A DNA stretch of 64,000 bases from assembly GCA_964234715.1 (NCBI GenBank), contig OZ174281.1, one strand, 5' to 3'. A program made the position numbers and the translations under genes. This DNA is from Podarcis melisellensis (lineage: Eukaryota). Under the pieces are notes generated by a model. That model saw only the letters and a program-made list of their open reading frames with translations. It was not told the DNA's origin and ran no database searches. Within the stretch, counting starts at the first letter, position 1; each line of letters opens with the position of its first letter. Positions 1 through 10,764 of this stretch are shown in pieces.

Positions 1-644
1 AATAGTCCAAATAGTCCACCAGACAGTTATTCTTGTCTGTAGACTTTCCAAATATAAGACTCCCAGACACTAGGAGCAATTGCTGCTCAGATAGAACAGA
101 ACCAAAATCTAAGATCTCATCTTATGGCAGACTGTGCACAATTGTGAAATGAAGGGATCTGAAACTTTCAGCTGAGACCACGTTCTTGAGCCACAAAGTT
201 ATATTAAATCAAGGGCATCCCTGTTACTAGAACAACTAGGACTAGGCTCCATCCTTAGGTACCAGAGATGTCCAAATGTTAAGAAGCAAACTGCAATATA
301 GAGGTCAGACTTCCATCTGAAACAAGGCACAGCTAAACCACCTTAGTGCTGGAAATAACTGGCTTATAGTTCCACCTGTGGCATGCTGTAAATTGGAAAC
401 TGCCCCCAAGTGGTAAAAACCAAAGTAATTTCTTTCTACTGAAATAAACTGGGCACCAGATACATTTCCAGGAATGGCCTTCCAACAGTATCCGTTCATT
501 ACAAAAAGCACAAGACAGCAGGACAACCTTTGCCTGGAACCTAACAGAGGTGGATGCCTGGTTGAAAAAAATACATAATTTGTGTGCCTCCAGAGAAAAG
601 ACCCCCTTATCCAGTAGCTCCCTGCCTGACACTTGGAAAAGGGT

Positions 645-963
645 CTCTGAAGGGCTGTCACATGAAAGATGGAGCGAGCTTGTCTTCTCCTGCTCCAGAG
701 GATAAGACCCGAACCAATGGATGCAAGTTAGAAGAAAGGAGATTCCAACTAAACAGCAGGAAGACGTTTCTTGACAGTACGAGCTGTTTGACAATGGAAC
801 CAATTCCCATGAAAGGTGGTGGACTCTCCTTCGCTGGAGATATTTAAGCAGAGGTTGGATGGCCACCTGTCATTTATGATCTAGTTGAGATTCCTGCATT
901 GCAGGCGGTTGGACTAGGTGACCCTCAGGGACCCTTCCAGCTCTACAATTCTATGGTTCTATG
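645..963 (+). mobile_element. CR1 LINE 3' end fragment
   Basis: CR1 ORF2 C-terminal-like translation (KGCHMKDGASL...RTNGCKLEERRFQLN.RKTFL) and 3' tail ending (ATTCTATG)-like repeats. Confidence 0.85.
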
Positions 964-1110
964 TCAATTGTTACAACATGCTCGACTCAATTTTTCCAGT
1001 ATAATATTTTTATGCTGCTTGGGGTGGTTTTTGTCCACTTCTTCAGCTGGTTATGCGAGATGAGAACCAGAAAGAAAACCAGTTATGAACAAAAACAAAA
1101 ACATACATAC

Positions 1111-1214
1111 TCTCTGTGCCAGTCATATATTTGATGAATGTTGCCAAACACAATTTTGTCTTTCCCTTTCATGTCGTCCGGAACACCATCTTCTTTCATG
1201 AGTGCCATGTAACC
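1111..1214 (-). CDS. TRIO: TRIO coding exon (DH2; ~human exon 40), 104 nt
   Basis: ctccag|GGT TAC ATG...AGA GA|gtatgt; [34 protein letters not shown](D). Confidence 0.96.
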
Positions 1215-1366
1215 CTGGAGTAAGTTAGTAAGAAAAATGGACATGAGTGCCGCTGTTCACCTTTTTATTACTTTTAACATTGCAAACTGCTGAGTACCAC
1301 CTTGGGCCCTTTATCATTCTTCCTCCATCCCCCAAAATCCCCCTGCTGGCTGATGTGTTTTTAATA

Positions 1367-1367
1367 A

Positions 1368-1419
<52 letters not shown>

Positions 1420-1436
1420 ATCTATCTATCTATCTA
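1367..1436. repeat. (ATCT)n microsatellite
   Basis: direct tandem ATCT. Confidence 0.97.
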
Positions 1437-1458
1437 GGGGGGTGGCTGAAAATACATA

Positions 1459-1700
1459 TAGTGGTACCTTGCGTTATGTACCGTCCCCCTTATGAATGCT
1501 GTGGGTCACACGCTCCGCTAACCCGGAAGTAGATGCCCCTTGTTGCAACCTTTGCCCCAGGTTATGAGAGGAAGTCGTGCTTCAGTGGCACAGCAGCAGC
1601 GAGAGGCACCATTAGAGAAAGCGTGCCTCATGTTACAAGCGGTTTCCTGTTACGAACGGACCTCCAGAATGGATTAAGTACGTTACACGGGGTACCACTG
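1459..1700. mobile_element. Tc1/mariner-Tigger-like MITE
   Basis: TIR (c/t)agtggtacc...ggtaccactg flanked by TA. Confidence 0.8.
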
Positions 1701-2229
1701 TATTCAGGATGAAGTCCTAATGGCATAACTAATATGCATTCATTGATTCTGAGTATGAACTCTTGTTTAAGAAATGCCTCGCAGGATAGGATCAACAGCC
1801 ACCAGGGTTGGCCAGTGGTCCAGACTATCTCTCTTCTGCTCACACCTGCCATAAGCCATGCTCTTATTTAGAACATAAAAAACACAAGAGACCCAATGGG
1901 AAGCCAAACATTTTTGCAACAGCGTAGTTGAAAATCCCTTTCCAACATGCTTCCACATTGTGGTCAAGTAAGTACTGAAGAACGGGAAGTAACAAATCCC
2001 GATTTACTCTTTTTCATATTATCAGTTTGCGTGCTTTATGTATAATGTTACATTGCTCCTTGTTTGGCTTGACACATCAACTCACAGGACCAAGTCTGTG
2101 GGAAAAGCAGCTCAGAAAGGCAAAAGGACAGTATCAATCTGAATCTTAGACAGCAAATTCATGCTGGATCCAGATTTATGTGCCTTACTGGGGGCCAGTT
2201 TGTGTGATACATGTGCAAGTATTATTTTC

Positions 2230-2426
2230 TTTTTTTATAATAAATTTTTTATTAGTTTTTAATTACAGTCCAATTATATTGGCCTCATTATAACAATACC
2301 AATTTATAATGCAATTATTCACACCAATCATTCAAATACCAAATTTTATAAATATAATTTAGTTAAAGTGGCCTCCATGTGCTAGATTTTATTATTCTCT
2401 TTATTTCTGCATTCCAAAATCTGTGG
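2230..2426 (-). mobile_element. 5'-truncated L1-like retroposed 3' end
   Basis: T-rich head on +, 13-bp TSD aagtattattttc at 2217-2229 and 2427-2439. Confidence 0.7.
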
Positions 2427-2519
2427 AAGTATTATTTTCAGTAAATGGAAGTTAACTGTCAATTTTCACAATCAATTTCATTGTTTATTTGATTTAATTT
2501 TAACAACTGTCTGGACTCA

Positions 2520-2747
2520 GTGTGTACCCGAGAGTAACGGGTTGGTGGCAGCAGGAAAGCGAGCACAGTGGTGGCACAGGGATCAATAGACAGTCAAACG
2601 GCCGGGGACCCTGTGTGATCGCCACATACTCCCCCCCCTCAAAGCTCAACAACTTCAGGCTATCTCCTCCCACTTTCTTAAATTGGAGTCCCCCAAAATA
2701 GGCGGCATTTTAAACACAGGGGTGTGTTATACACGGAAAAATACGGT
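2520..2747. mobile_element. Fragment of a TA-type DNA transposon
   Basis: ends in acacggaaaaatacgg-ta, the same TIR class as the 17883-18687 element. Confidence 0.55.
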
Positions 2748-3839
2748 AGTTGTGAACCAGAATAATACACGCGCAGAACCCACAGCTACCTCCACGAGTG
2801 TATTTGCACACGTTCCAGCAACAGCTAACGATTCACTACACATACCACCCAGCTTATACAAACTGTTTTTTGTTTGATCATGAACCTGTGTATATTATTG
2901 CGTAGGGGGATTTAATAGCCTGAAACAAGCCTTTGCAGGAGCAAGTAGATCTGCAAGTGCAAGGAATGCAAGCATACAAATTGTCTACTGTGCCATAAAG
3001 GGCGCGAAGAAGCCCTAAATGTAGAGCAGCCCTGGTGTGGGCAACAATCTGCTCAATTAGGTTGCACGAATGAACGCAATTTGGAACACAGAAGCTGGGG
3101 TACTCAATACAATTTGCAACTCAGCCTAGTGAGCCCCGTGATCCCACACATCTGATTCTTTCCAGATCATAAATTCAGGACAACAGAAGCAGCAACTCAA
3201 AGCAATCTAATTGAATCCATTTTTAAAGTACATCTATTGTACTTGTTTAATTTGCTGCCACGTTCAGAAGTTGTTCCTAAATCTATTAAGAGGCCTGTTT
3301 ATTAAAAGGTGTTCCAGCTGTCGGTTCTAAAACTGAAATGCTGCCAGCCATTCCATTGCCTACATTCCTGCACAAGGACTGAACAGGCCCCTTCGCTGCA
3401 AATATATTACCAAGCTGGCCTTAAAGATTCAACAGCTTATTTTACAGAAGAGCCAAGAAACAGCAGGCGGTCCTGATCTCGTGCTGGAATGGAAACTAAT
3501 TACAGCCAGGATTCAGAATTTACATTTTCAGCTGTCCATATGCAGTTAAGTTGGCAGCTTGTAAAAAGAGCCTTCTCAAAGATACTTTACATATGGAATT
3601 ATTGCTAGCTCATCAATAACATTGGAAACTGTTGTCTAGTAATTACAAATTTTAACCTAGTTCATGACTAGCTAAAAAGGGACTAATATAACAGGTGACA
3701 AAGTAGATTTCTCCAAGCATTGCTGGTAGCATCCTCCAAAGGTGTTCGATGGAGAGGAATGGTGCTTTCCTCTTTACCCTTCTGAAGTTTGTGTTTCTTA
3801 TCTGACTGTAAGCAGCACACTGATTTTAAAAAGACATAC

Positions 3840-3906
3840 CTCTACTACGTAACCAAGATCTCTCACATAATCTCTCTCCGTCTCCACTAATTCCTGTAGA
3901 ACATAG
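3840..3906 (-). CDS. TRIO: TRIO coding exon (start of DH2), 67 nt
   Basis: tttgcag|C TAT GTT...GAG|gtatgt; [22 protein letters not shown]. Confidence 0.96.
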
Positions 3907-4490
3907 CTGCAAAGTTACGAAAAGTGAGAATAGTTAAGGGTGGCGTTTTGCGATATGAACAATTTCTATGCATGCAAATAATGTGACAACAGTAGGGAAT
4001 ACTAGGGTAAAAGATGGTGTGACTAAGCAACATGAGATTTTTAAAAAATATATCTATCGCTATAAAAGTACTAATGTTTCTCATACTGAAATTTGAAGTG
4101 TGCATGCCAAATGGATTTAATATAATCAACATTCCACAAAGTGGCATTGTTAAAGGCCTAACTGGTTGTTGCAGCTACCATTTGTGTGAACTGAAGAGCC
4201 CCCCAAAGTAAACATTTTATGTTTCTGAGACTCTCAACTTTCCTGCTAAGTTTTTAAAAGCATTACAAGCACAAGACTGGGGGCTAATGTGCTAGACAGG
4301 GGAAATTATTGCAATTTAGCTGGCTTTCCAACAAAATCCTCCAACAGTTGAAATAATCAAAGTCTTAACTCGCTGAACAAAAGAGGTAAAAACTAATGTC
4401 TACAATAACACAGATTTTACAACACAGAAGGCAAAGGACAGATGTTCTTCTTAAGCATATAAGGGAAAGGGATTGGTGGGCTAGTCTTAC

Positions 4491-4639
4491 TGTCGCCTTT
4501 TTAAAGAGCTGGACTTCCGCTCTTCCATCTCATCTATGGGCGAAGAGGAGGAGAGAAGGGAGTTGTCTGAAGGATTGAATGATGGGCTGCTGCTGTCTCC
4601 CTGGTCCACCATGAGTGAGCTTGGACGATCCTCCAGAGC
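4491..4639 (-). CDS. TRIO: TRIO coding exon, 149 nt
   Basis: cctcttag|GCT CTG GAG...CGA CA|gtaaga; [49 protein letters not shown](H). Confidence 0.97.
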
Positions 4640-4722
4640 CTAAGAGGAAAAGGATAAACAAGTGAGATTGGGGCAACACCATCAGCACAATCTATTTCAT
4701 ATACACATGCTGTAAAAAAAGA

Positions 4723-4915
4723 TAAAGGTACCCCTGCCCGTACGGGCCAGTCGTGTCCGACTCTAGGGTTGTGTGCCCATCTCAATTAAGAGGCCGGGGG
4801 CCAGCGCTCTCCGGAGACACTTCCGGGTCACGTGGCCAGCGTGACGAAACTGCTCTGGTGAGCCAGCACCAGTGCAGCACACGGAAACGCTGTTTACATG
4901 CTGTACTTTTATCTA
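4723..4915 (-). mobile_element. Sauria (Squam1) SINE, 3' part
   Basis: taaaggtacccctgcccgtacgggccagtc...; reverse complement of the 62527 copy. Confidence 0.9.
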
Positions 4916-5434
4916 TTTTAAGAACACGTTGATAATTTATTATTCTAACACCTTTGTCAACTATGTACTGGTATTCACAACTCTCTCCTTCCCTGGTGCA
5001 ATCAAACAGTGGCAAGATGTGTTGCCATGTTTGTGGCCATTTGCAGGCACCAAAGGTCCTCCTGCAGCCCTCTGTGCTGCACCCAGCAAGCAGTTTCCTT
5101 TCAGGTCCACACCAACACAGGCTAACTGTGCCTAAGTCCAGGGTTCCAGGAAGGGGCCTGATATCAGCAATCAAAGCTGAAGCCTGGATAAATGAAACAA
5201 GTTCCTTATCTTGTGAAGTTTACTACCACGATTAGTGGTGACGGCCGCTAGCTTAGGTGACTATAATCTGGACTGGCTCTCAGAGCTAAATGAATCTTCA
5301 CGTTCAGAAGTAGTGTACCACTGAATACCAGATACTTGGACACAAAACAACAGGGGAGACTTCTGGTCTGATTTCCCAGTATGGCTCATAGAGCCACATG
5401 TTTCGATAGGATTCCACGCTGCTCTAAACAGGGG

Positions 5435-5747
5435 TAATAATAATAATAATCATCATCATCATCTATTTTTACCTCGCCCATCTGGCTGGGTTTCCCCAGC
5501 CACTCTGGGCGGCTTCCAACAAAATATTTAAAATACAATAAAACATCAGACATTTAAAACTTCCCTAAACAGGGCTGCCTTCAGATGTCTTCTAAAAGTC
5601 AGATCGTTGTTTATTTCCTTGACATCTGACAGGAGGGCATTCCACAGGGGGGGTGCCACTACCAAGAAGGCCCTCTGCCTAGTTCCCTGTAACTTCTCTT
5701 CTCACAGTGAGGGAACCGCCAGAAGGCCCTCGGAGCTGGACCTCAGC
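5435..5747 (-). mobile_element. L2 LINE 3' end
   Basis: cccatctggctgggtttccccagccactctgggcggct motif with an (AAT)n/(CAT)n tail. Confidence 0.75.
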
Positions 5748-5908
5748 TGGGGAATCCATAGCCTTCTGCATATTGTGGGAATCCTGCTCTCATCAGTCCC
5801 AGCTAATATGGTTGGGGATGATGAGAGTTGTGGTCCAACAACGTATTGAGGGCCTCTAGGGTTCCCCCAAAAGGAAGGAAAACATGCCATCAAACAAAGC
5901 AGACTCAC

Positions 5909-6004
5909 CATTTTACTCTTCACAAGCTCTTCTATTGCACTGACAAGTTCGGCTGCGCTGGGAGTCTCTGAGCTGGTAGGACGTACCAATAACCGGGAAG
6001 ATGC
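5909..6004 (-). CDS. TRIO: TRIO coding exon, 96 nt
   Basis: tgtgcag|GCA TCT...ATG|gtgagt; [32 protein letters not shown]. Confidence 0.97.
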
Positions 6005-7047
6005 CTGCACAAGGGGGTGAAAAGCAGGAGGAGAGGCATCCCCAACATCAATTTGAGGCTATACACACTATCAATATTTGTCCCCGAGGCATCTTGCTAA
6101 TGAAAAAAATGCCTCTCTTTCCACTTCTTTTTTTTTTTAAACCCCTCTATTTGACACAAGCACCAAAGGAAGCTTTAAATAAACTCTGGTATTGACAAAC
6201 ATTAATCTGCCTGTGTCCATTTAATGCTTTTATAATACCTGGATAGGAACTCATAATGCTCCGCTTGCAGCTGGATAATATTTTTTTGGATAGCCTTGAT
6301 CTTTTTCTTTCTCTAGAACCTATCAAAGCTACTACGCAAAGCCAATGCCGGATGTACCGAATTATCTAAGGATCCTTTCCCACCCCTCCCAATTCAACTC
6401 ACATTATAAAGCCACAGGGAAAAGAACTGCAACGAGTGAACGAAACAATAAATCAACTGTAGAGTAGGCTAATACTACTAAACAAGGAGCCAATTGATGA
6501 TTCTAAAAGGGAGCAGGGTCTTTTTGCTCACCATTCCTTGTGCCATCCATCTCCCCCAAAGGTAAGTGCAGAGTCTAGAAGATCTCTGTCCTCAAAAGCT
6601 ACAAGATGCCAATTTATGGCTGCAACTGAGGATAAAAGGTGTTGACAGCAAAAGGATATTGGGAGGGTTGGTGGCCACTGAATTTGGCTTTCAGTAATTA
6701 GCAAACATGCAAGCCTGTTTGCAGATTACATGTACCATTAACTGGAAGCTAAACAAGGCACAATAATATGAACCTCACTTCATATTACAAGGACCAGCAG
6801 GGATGTACAGCATGCAAAACACAGGTTACGTTGTTCTTCACCACTGGACGGACATGTTAAACCAACAGGTACAATGCTTCAGAACACGGAACTCTGTTCA
6901 ACCTCATCTATGGGAGCAGAAAGATTAGCTCCCATAATTTAAAGAATAGTGATAATAATAATATGCAAATTTCATGTGCTGTAGAGTTAGCTTCGATGAG
7001 ACAGGGGACATTGGGAGCGGGGCAAATGCGAGAACACACAAGAAACT

Positions 7048-7107
7048 CTAAATGGAGAGGTAGGGAAACTGAGCCAAAGCAGAGACAGAACATAAATCAA
7101 CATAATG
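7048..7107 (-). CDS. TRIO: TRIO alternative terminal exon (Trio8/Solo/TrioC hydrophobic 19-aa tail plus stop)
   Basis: Branch point ACTAAT and a ~60-nt polypyrimidine tract, then ag|CAT TAT GTT GAT TTA TGT TCT GTC TCT GCT TTG GCT CAG TTT CCC TAC CTC TCC ATT TAG = HYVDLCSVSALAQFPYLSI*; phase 0 after ...QDDK; matches the recalled mammalian Solo tail. Confidence 0.9.
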   Translation of the reverse strand, partial: HYVDLCSVSALAQFPYLSI

Positions 7108-9825
7108 CTAAAGGAAGAGTAAAAGGAAAAGAAAGAAAAGAAACAAAGGAAAACAAAAACAAAAAAAAAGATTAGTTATACAGCAATATAGCAGCTCTCT
7201 TAGCAATTCTATCCAAAACAAGAAGAAAACTCAGAAGCTACAATTTACGCACAACTCATGATGATGTATGGCAATGACACCGCCAACTGGAAAACTGAAA
7301 AATCTTTGCGATCCCCTAATGGAAGTGGTTGTTATTTAGTGACACACGAATTAAGGTGGCCTGACAGTGCTAGTGGCTGGACAGGGATGTCCCCTGAGCA
7401 AGTTTAAAGGGAAAGGGAAATAGAGGCAGCCATTGTTGTTGTTGTCTCCTTCCTTTCTGCTCACTGCAACTGGGTAAACCTTGGATGTGTATCAGAATGG
7501 CAATTCTTTCACAATGACTGACTTGAAATACAAATCAGGAGATACCTTCTTCTTTTTAAAAAGCAATTAACAGCTTGGTTGTGTAGCACCAAAACGGAGG
7601 AGAAGGATTAATTCCCACAGGAATACCATCATAAAATGTGAGGTGCATACTTACTTGTGAATTGTCTTTTTAATGGCTACATATTACAACAAAACATGCA
7701 CTTCTTTGGCACATATGCCTTGCAGCCCACTACAGCTTGAGACTAGAGTATGCCCATTCCTGCCCAGATGAAATTTGCTATATATCACTATTTTTATTAT
7801 TATTATTTCCTTCAGGGATTTCCTCCCACATCAGCTTGGCTGCCAAGGCACCCTCACAAGTTGTAGAGAATTCTGGGAAATGTTCCTGAGTATACAAGGC
7901 AATGCATAAGATACACTGGCGAAGCCTGTGGGCCTCACCATAGCCGCATGAGAACGGAGATTTGACTTCCTCAGAACATGACCAAAACTGCTATGTAGCT
8001 ACGCATGCATTACAGGGGAAGATCAGTACTGTACTTGCAAAGAAGCCTTTTTCCAGAGAGCTTGTTCGCCATTACTGATCTTCTATTTGAGAAATGCCTA
8101 CATGACGTTTCCAAGGAATCCCAGAATTCCCTGGAACACAGCTTGAAACCATGGCCCTAAGGAGTTCAAACTAAGGGATGGTACAAACATTACAAAAGTA
8201 GGAAAAGGAGAAGCTCAAGCAACTTGAACGCTGTCACATGTTGAAGGTGGAGCTGAGATAATTGTTAATTTCGCCTGTTGCCTGACTGGAATCTGAAGAG
8301 GAAAACCTTGACTCTAGGCCTAGTTGTGAGAACTGATCCAGAGATGGTGGGAATTATAAGTAATCCTTGTGGTAGAGACATTCTTGGTTGCTTTAGTCCG
8401 AACAGCAAGGTTATGTTGAATTCCTAAGCATTGTAAGAAACTAGAAACCTGAGAACTGGACAGGTTACAACAGTTATACTATTATCTCAGATCTTGCAAT
8501 AAAGCTGCAATCAGGAAATATGTGACTGCCAGACCTGCTTGTTTTTGTTTTTGTTTCACCCTATCAGGGTGAAAAATATTAAGGAAATAGGGGAAATGCT
8601 TTATGGTCAACCTATTGAATATGGAAAGAAAGAAAAAGATTCTCTGTAATCTTATCACCTTTTACTAGTTTTTCCCATATTTAGTATTATTTTTTCCAAA
8701 TGGAACAGAGCAAAATATTTATAATGCAAAAGCTTTTTTGTACATAATAAAAGATTTCAGGTGTAATTACTGAGCCCAGGGAGAGGAAAACTCAGCCAAA
8801 CCTAGTTGCTTGAATACGTCAACTAGAGCTTTCCACATTTTTTTTTTGGGGGGGGGGGGGGTTAAATCCAATCAGGATGAAATTTCACAAGTTCCCTTTG
8901 AATCACTACGGGAGAAAATGGGGGGCGAGAATGGGATGTGATTCATTTGTGCTTCTGACGATTTAGCTAGGGACATAGCAATTCAAGGTGGGTTTATGGC
9001 ACAACGAGAGTTCTTGGTTGTGAGGGTAATGAGGGGCAGTGAATAAATTGCGAAGAGGTAGGAAGAGGCTGGCCTCTTACCCTAAGCTACTTTTCAATGA
9101 ACTTTCTGTGTTTCTGGCTCCAGTGAGACAGAGAACAAGCCCGGACGACTGTTTAGCAGGCCTACGAAAGATGGCATTTCAGGTTAAAAGACTGGCGCAA
9201 GGAGTGGGGTATCAAGAGTCACAAAACAGTATCAGTGCTGGCGATTGAAGGGTTAACGATAAAGCCCACATTAGATTCTAGCCTCAGTTCAGATGGTTGC
9301 CCAGAACTTTAGACGAAGGAGGAGCGATTCCCTCAGCCCTCCTCTGTGCAATGATGTCAGCTATGAACTGGGTGCTTCACATCAACACCCAATCACACCA
9401 ACACCCGGTATGCGAGACTTCTGATGAGTGGGAACAAACCACACGTACGATTATGAGTCAGCATGAGTGTGGGTGTCAGTTTGGAGCACCCTGTGATATA
9501 AATGCGTGTGCAAATATGAGCGTGCATGCAGGTTTGGGCCACTCCTGCGCCATAAAAAGGCCTGGGCAAGTGTTTTAACAGAATGGAAAAGCCATTTGGC
9601 ACAATAAACTGTGATTAGAACTCTTAATATTGCCTTATACGTATGTCAAATCATCTAAGTGTCTACCCAACTAGGAAAGCAGATGAATTAGAAAAAAAAA
9701 GTAAAGGAAGTTTTGAGATGCATTTCCAAACCCCGTGCTGCTTTTTTCTGTGATTCTGTGACATGGATAGCCAATCACAAAGCTCACATGGTGTCCATCA
9801 AGCATCATGCATGTATTTTTCTCAC

Positions 9826-9882
9826 CATATTCTAAGAGAATGTGTGAGCAATGACTGGGCCAAAGCAGAAGCCCTATTTGCC
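9826..9882 (-). other. Candidate alternative 57-nt TRIO exon with in-frame stop (GGC AAA TAG)
   Basis: tgcatgcttgtgttttgctacag|GGC AAA TAG...ATG|gtgaga; TGCATG on both flanks. Confidence 0.55.
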
Positions 9883-10258
9883 CTGTAGCAAAACACAAGC
9901 ATGCAACCGATGGTGGGTTTTATATTCTGGCATTTGTACTGGTGCACAGAGAAGTCCTGTGAGAAAAAAATCCCTTTAAAAAGTAGTTGACACTTGTACC
10001 CTCTAGCACTGTCAAGTTTATACGACACACGGGACTCCAGAATGGAGAAATGTGGAGGAATGGGTGGAAATTAACTTTTAATGGTTTGTCAAATTACTTT
10101 CCAGACCTTTAGGACTGTTCAGGTGCTGCTTCCCTCTTCACGCTGCTATGTATGGCGAGACTGAGACAATGTCTCTGGCTCATGCATATTCTTCCCCAGT
10201 CCTCTCACAGCATACAGAACATGGCTCCAAAAAGACAGAAGCTCCTGTGTTTCTAATA

Positions 10259-10483
10259 CAGTGGTACCTCAGTTTTCGAACATCTCGGAAATTGAATGTT
10301 TCAGTTTTCGAACGCAGAAAACCCAGAAGTAACTGCTTTGGTTTTCGAACACTTTTTGGAAGTTGAACGTATTGAGCTTTCTGTAAGTAACTGCTTCCAA
10401 AAGTAAATTCTTCAGTTTTTGAACATTTCAGAAGTTAAACGGTCTTCCGGAACGGATTACGTTCGAAAACCGAGGTACCACTG
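10259..10483. mobile_element. Tc1/mariner-Tigger-like MITE
   Basis: TA-cagtggtacctc...gaggtaccactg-TA. Confidence 0.88.
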
Positions 10484-10485
10484 TA

Positions 10486-10764
10486 CAGTGGTACCTCGCA
10501 AGACGAATGCCTCGCAAGACAAAAAACGCACAAGACGAAATAGTTTTCTGTTTTTTGAGTCGTTCCGCAAGACGAATTTCCCTATAGGCTTGCTTCGCAA
10601 GACGAAACGTCTTGCGAGTTCTTGCGAGTTTGTTTCCTTTTTCTTAAAGCCGCTAAGCCGTTAATAGCCGCTAAGCCGCTAATAGCCGTGCTTCGCAAGA
10701 CGAAAAAACCGCAAGACGAAGAGACTCGCGGAACGGATTAATTTCGTCTTGCGAAGCACCACTG
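10486..10764. mobile_element. Tc1/mariner-Tigger-like MITE (different subfamily, gcaagacgaa repeats)
   Basis: TA-cagtggtacctcgcaagacgaa...ttcgtcttgcgaagcaccactg-TA. Confidence 0.88.

Noticed and set aside
5702-5908. Read-through of the 5909 donor giving the hydrophobic [15 protein letters not shown] tail as a Solo anchor
   Set aside because: The donor is a consensus GTGAGT, the extension runs into repeat sequence, and the better-supported 19-aa tail is at 7048-7107
9421-9450. CTGATGA followed by a GTGG/CCAC stem, resembling a hammerhead
   Set aside because: No GAAA after the stem, so the core is incomplete; it is also antisense to TRIO
10495-10755. CRISPR-like repeated gcaagacgaa motifs
   Set aside because: Irregularly spaced subterminal repeats of a MITE in a vertebrate genome
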